The notes under the pieces: model-generated | Seen by the model: only the letters and a program-made list of their open reading frames with translations | Told to the model about the DNA's origin: nothing | The model's database searches: none | In this document: positions 61,033 to 64,000 of the stretch, piece after piece | Position numbering within the stretch: the first letter of the stretch is position 1 | How the letters are laid out: every line of letters starts with the position of its first letter | Source: Terrimicrobiaceae bacterium | Lineage (GTDB): Bacteria > Verrucomicrobiota > Verrucomicrobiia > Chthoniobacterales > Terrimicrobiaceae | NCBI GenBank assembly: GCA_041752695.1 | Contig: JBGSVZ010000043.1 | Coordinates: 32,001 to 96,000, forward strand | DNA: 64,000 nt | Direction of reading: 5' to 3' | Translations under genes and position numbers: made by a program

Positions 61033-61872
61033 ATGATCACAACCGTCGTCCGGCCGAGGGTCTTGGTGACTGGAGCCTTTGGAAAAATCGGTTCCCAGTG
61101 CGTTCCCATCTGGGAGCAGTCGATGGACCTCCGGTTGACGGATCTGCGCGTGCCCTCGGGAGATGGACGCGCATTCGCGGCGGATTTGACGGATTTCGCT
61201 CAGACTTATCGGGCCCTTGAAGGAGTGGACTCGGTCATTCACCTGGCCATGGCGCCCGGGGAAGGGGGGAGGGTCGACTATTCCGAAGAGGAGGCAGACC
61301 CGGCGGATGTGCAGCGTCTTCAGGTGAACGTGGGTGCGACGTACAATCTTCTCGAGGCGGCGCGCCGACGGAATATGCGAAGGGTGGTTTATGTTTCCAG
61401 CATGACCATACTTCTCGGAAACAAACATTCCCCGAGCTATGGCACGGATACTCCGGTCGAGCCCACCAACCTGTACGCCTGCACCAAATTATTCGGCGAG
61501 CAGTTGGCTCGGGTCTATTGGCGAAAGCACGGACTAAGCACCATCTGCCTTCGGCTCGGTCAGCCTTTCCCGATTGGAAACGCGGAGTTCGACAGACAGT
61601 GGTCGACCAACAAGCGGTCCCGTTCGATTTATGCGGAGATTGGCGACGTGGCACGGGCGGTCGAGTGCGCCGTGACAACCAAATTGGAGTTCGGCGTTTT
61701 TCCGGTGGTCTCTGCCTCGGACAATCCGCGGGTGGACCTCTCTGCGACGCGGGCCATCGACTATGTCCCGCGCGCATACCTCAGCGATGCCGGATTGTCG
61801 TATCACGAAGACGGTTGTTTTCCTCCGGCGACAGGTCCCTTGGTCACGCATAATCCTGGCGAGCTATTGTGA
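61033..61872 (+). CDS. NAD-dependent epimerase/dehydrogenase (extended SDR, uronate dehydrogenase-like)
   Basis: VTGAFGKIG, VIHLA, YVSS, YACTK. Confidence 0.88.
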   Translation: MITTVVRPRVLVTGAFGKIGSQCVPIWEQSMDLRLTDLRVPSGDGRAFAADLTDFAQTYRALEGVDSVIHLAMAPGEGGRVDYSEEEADPADVQRLQVNVGATYNLLEAARRRNMRRVVYVSSMTILLGNKHSPSYGTDTPVEPTNLYACTKLFGEQLARVYWRKHGLSTICLRLGQPFPIGNAEFDRQWSTNKRSRSIYAEIGDVARAVECAVTTKLEFGVFPVVSASDNPRVDLSATRAIDYVPRAYLSDAGLSYHEDGCFPPATGPLVTHNPGELL

Positions 61873-63092
61873 AGGCGACGCGTGAGGACCTGACGGCGGC
61901 GGTCACCCGTCATTTTCCGGCGGCCCGGGCCTTTTTGCGGGCCATGGTGGAGGAAAATAGCTTCACCGGAAATGCGGCGGGGGTGGAGGCAAACGCAGAG
62001 ATGGTCCGCGAGCAATTTGCCCCGTTCGAATGGCAGGTGGCGGATGTGTCTTGTGGGCTACCGGGCACGGGGCGCCATTTGATTTTGGATTCCGCAGCTG
62101 AAGCGCCGACTGTCTTGTTGGTCTCCCATCTCGACACGGTTTACAGCCCGGAGGAGCAGGCTGGGGCCGGGAAATCTTTTTTGGAAGATGGCGGGCGGGT
62201 CCGTGGGCCTGGCGTATACGACATCAAGGGTGGCACAGCCATGATGTGGCTCGTTCTGCGGGTTCTGGAGGAAGTCGACCCTGAGGCGTGGCGGTCGGTC
62301 CGCTGGGTGGGGGCTTGGAATGCGGCGGAGGAGCGACTCCCTGCAGATTTTTCGGCATGGTGTCTTACCCGGTTTCCCCAACCGGACGCCGTGTTGGTTT
62401 TCGAAGGGGACAATCGCGCTGCGGACGGTTTTGAGATCGTGACCCAAAGGAGTGGGATTGCCCGCTACCGCCTGGAGTGTCATGGCAAAGGCACCCACGC
62501 GGGCAATGGTCATGAAGCGGGTCGCAATGCCATCCTTGGCCTTGCCGAAAAGATTTTGGAAATCTCAACCTGGACCGATTACGCGCGAAATACCACGGTC
62601 AACGTGGGAGTCATTCGAGGGGGAGAATCCACCAACCGTGTGCCCGATCGTGCGGAGGCGTGGCTCGAAATTCGCTACACCGATCCGCATGATTTTGCGG
62701 AAAAGGCGCGGCGGCTTTTTGAACTCGCGGCCGCCGGGGCAAAGAGCGGTCCCCTTCATCTCGAAGAATTAGGCAGTATCCCCCCGCTTGTGCCTTCAGA
62801 CAGCAGCCGGAGCCTGGCGGAACATTGGGAAGAAGCGGGGAGGGAGTTGGGATGCGAGATTTCCTGCGGCGGACGGCGGGGGTTGAGCGATGCGAATTAT
62901 TTCGCCCGCCATGCTCCGACTCTGGATGGACTGGGACCTCTCGGGGGCAATCCTCACGGCCTGGATCGCGAGGGGGACTTTGTGAGAATCACGGAGTTTC
63001 TCGAGCTTTCTTCGTTTGCGGCAAAGGCCGAACTTAATCTTCTCGCTTTGCGGCGTCTCGCCCGAGCCCTTCAGAAACGGACAGCCAAGTAG
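61869..63092 (+). CDS. M20 metallo-amidohydrolase (glutamate carboxypeptidase-like)
   Basis: SHLDTV, GPGVYDIKGG, AEE, FEG, HAG, SDAN, GGNPH. Confidence 0.9.
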   Translation: MKATREDLTAAVTRHFPAARAFLRAMVEENSFTGNAAGVEANAEMVREQFAPFEWQVADVSCGLPGTGRHLILDSAAEAPTVLLVSHLDTVYSPEEQAGAGKSFLEDGGRVRGPGVYDIKGGTAMMWLVLRVLEEVDPEAWRSVRWVGAWNAAEERLPADFSAWCLTRFPQPDAVLVFEGDNRAADGFEIVTQRSGIARYRLECHGKGTHAGNGHEAGRNAILGLAEKILEISTWTDYARNTTVNVGVIRGGESTNRVPDRAEAWLEIRYTDPHDFAEKARRLFELAAAGAKSGPLHLEELGSIPPLVPSDSSRSLAEHWEEAGRELGCEISCGGRRGLSDANYFARHAPTLDGLGPLGGNPHGLDREGDFVRITEFLELSSFAAKAELNLLALRRLARALQKRTAK

Positions 63093-63739
63093 GCGGTAAT
63101 CCATCCGGCCAGAAACACGCCCTGCCGGGCTCGGACGGAAGGCTGAAAATGGACGTGGTCGCAATAGAGTTCCCGAGGATCATCTTGCAGGCTCAACGTG
63201 AAACGATGCAGGTCAATCGTCGGCACCCCAAATCCCTGCATCACTTCGTCAGCGGCCTCATTGTAGAGGTCCAGATCGCGTTCGAAGCGGAAGAAGCCTG
63301 GTGGATTTTTTCCATTGTGGATCTCATTGAGACAGGGAGTTGTCCGGATCCACGCGGTCTCGATTTTTCGAGAGCGCAGGGCACAAACGATCTGGCGGAG
63401 ATTTTCGCGGTAGGTGGCTAAATCGATCGCCGGGGGAGCGTGTACCTTCGCGCGTTTGATGTCGTGCAATCCGGCATTAAAAAGCACTAGGTCCGGTTGG
63501 AAATCCGGCTTCATGAGTTGTTCTGTGAGATACTCAAGAAGCATGGATGAATCTCCGCCGTTGGACCCTTGAGGAAGATCGAGATTGGCAAGGGCTTCTT
63601 CAGAGCCGCCTTTTCGGTCATAGGTGCACGCACCGTCCAATGCGCGCTCCAAAGAAGGGCCGTAGTGGACAGAGATGCTGTCCCCGACGACAAAGACGGA
63701 GGGTAAGGGTTCAGATTCCAGCAACAGGGATGCGGTCAT
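63071..63739 (-). CDS. SGNH/GDSL-family hydrolase
   Basis: GDSIS, NGG, NAGLHD, DHVHF; 22-nt convergent overlap with the M20 gene. Confidence 0.88.
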   Translation of the reverse strand: MTASLLLESEPLPSVFVVGDSISVHYGPSLERALDGACTYDRKGGSEEALANLDLPQGSNGGDSSMLLEYLTEQLMKPDFQPDLVLFNAGLHDIKRAKVHAPPAIDLATYRENLRQIVCALRSRKIETAWIRTTPCLNEIHNGKNPPGFFRFERDLDLYNEAADEVMQGFGVPTIDLHRFTLSLQDDPRELYCDHVHFQPSVRARQGVFLAGWITAYLAVRF

Positions 63740-64000
63740 TTTGGGGATCGGGCCGGGGCGACAATTTCCAGGTTTGACAGAAGGGTTCCAGGATTCGCGA
63801 GAGCCTGCATACAATAGGCGCAGGCCACGGTTGTCAGATAGAGTCTGGCACCAGGCACAGGGCTTTGACGGGTGAGAAAGAAATCCTCAATCCGACGCGC
63901 CAGCCTTGCGAAATGGGGGTAGCCCTGTTCCGCCGTGCCCGCCATGGGTGCCGCCGCAATCGGGGATTCGCGTCCGGCAACGCGTGCGGCGAAAGCCCAT

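Noticed and set aside
42325..64000. Prophage, integrative element or defence island downstream of the tRNA
   Set aside because: No integrase, transposase, phage or defence genes recognised, and no att duplication seen in the window
63740..64000. Short ORFs at the window end
   Set aside because: No recognisable protein; probably intergenic or the start of a feature that continues beyond the window

Overview
High-GC bacterial DNA whose gene content (PEP-CTERM protein, C-terminal 'FYR' domains, DUF4838-type and Asp-box proteins) suggests a Verrucomicrobia/PVC organism (inference). Four blocks. (1) 44-17051: alpha-glucan utilisation cluster with four GH13 enzymes, led by a 2770-aa secreted protein that appears to fuse a GH13 amylase to a GH57-like module. 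(2) 17074-25297: hybrid PAS histidine kinase, oppBC, leuCD and two small genes. (3) 25384-42324: a copper/silver operon (Cys/His-rich leader ORF ending in QGPP/HAPP, YHS-like protein, copA, cusB, cusA), then hflX, a duplicated inverted-repeat cassette carrying a frameshifted GxxExxY gene, an MscS-family channel, nadE, a CAAX protease, DoxX and tRNA-Gly(TCC). (4) 42452-63739: a LacI-associated catabolic locus with nagB/nagA, two Asp-box sialidase-like proteins, a stand-alone Vibrio-sialidase-type lectin domain, an HpcH-type aldolase and about eight de-acylating enzymes, but no nanA/nanE/nanK. The best candidates for undescribed biology are this possible pathway for multiply acylated nonulosonate-type sugars, the GH13-GH57 giant enzyme with its shared C-terminal domain, the putative copper-sensing ribosome-arrest leader, and the GxxExxY inverted-repeat cassette. 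All family calls come from motif recognition by eye; no searches were run.
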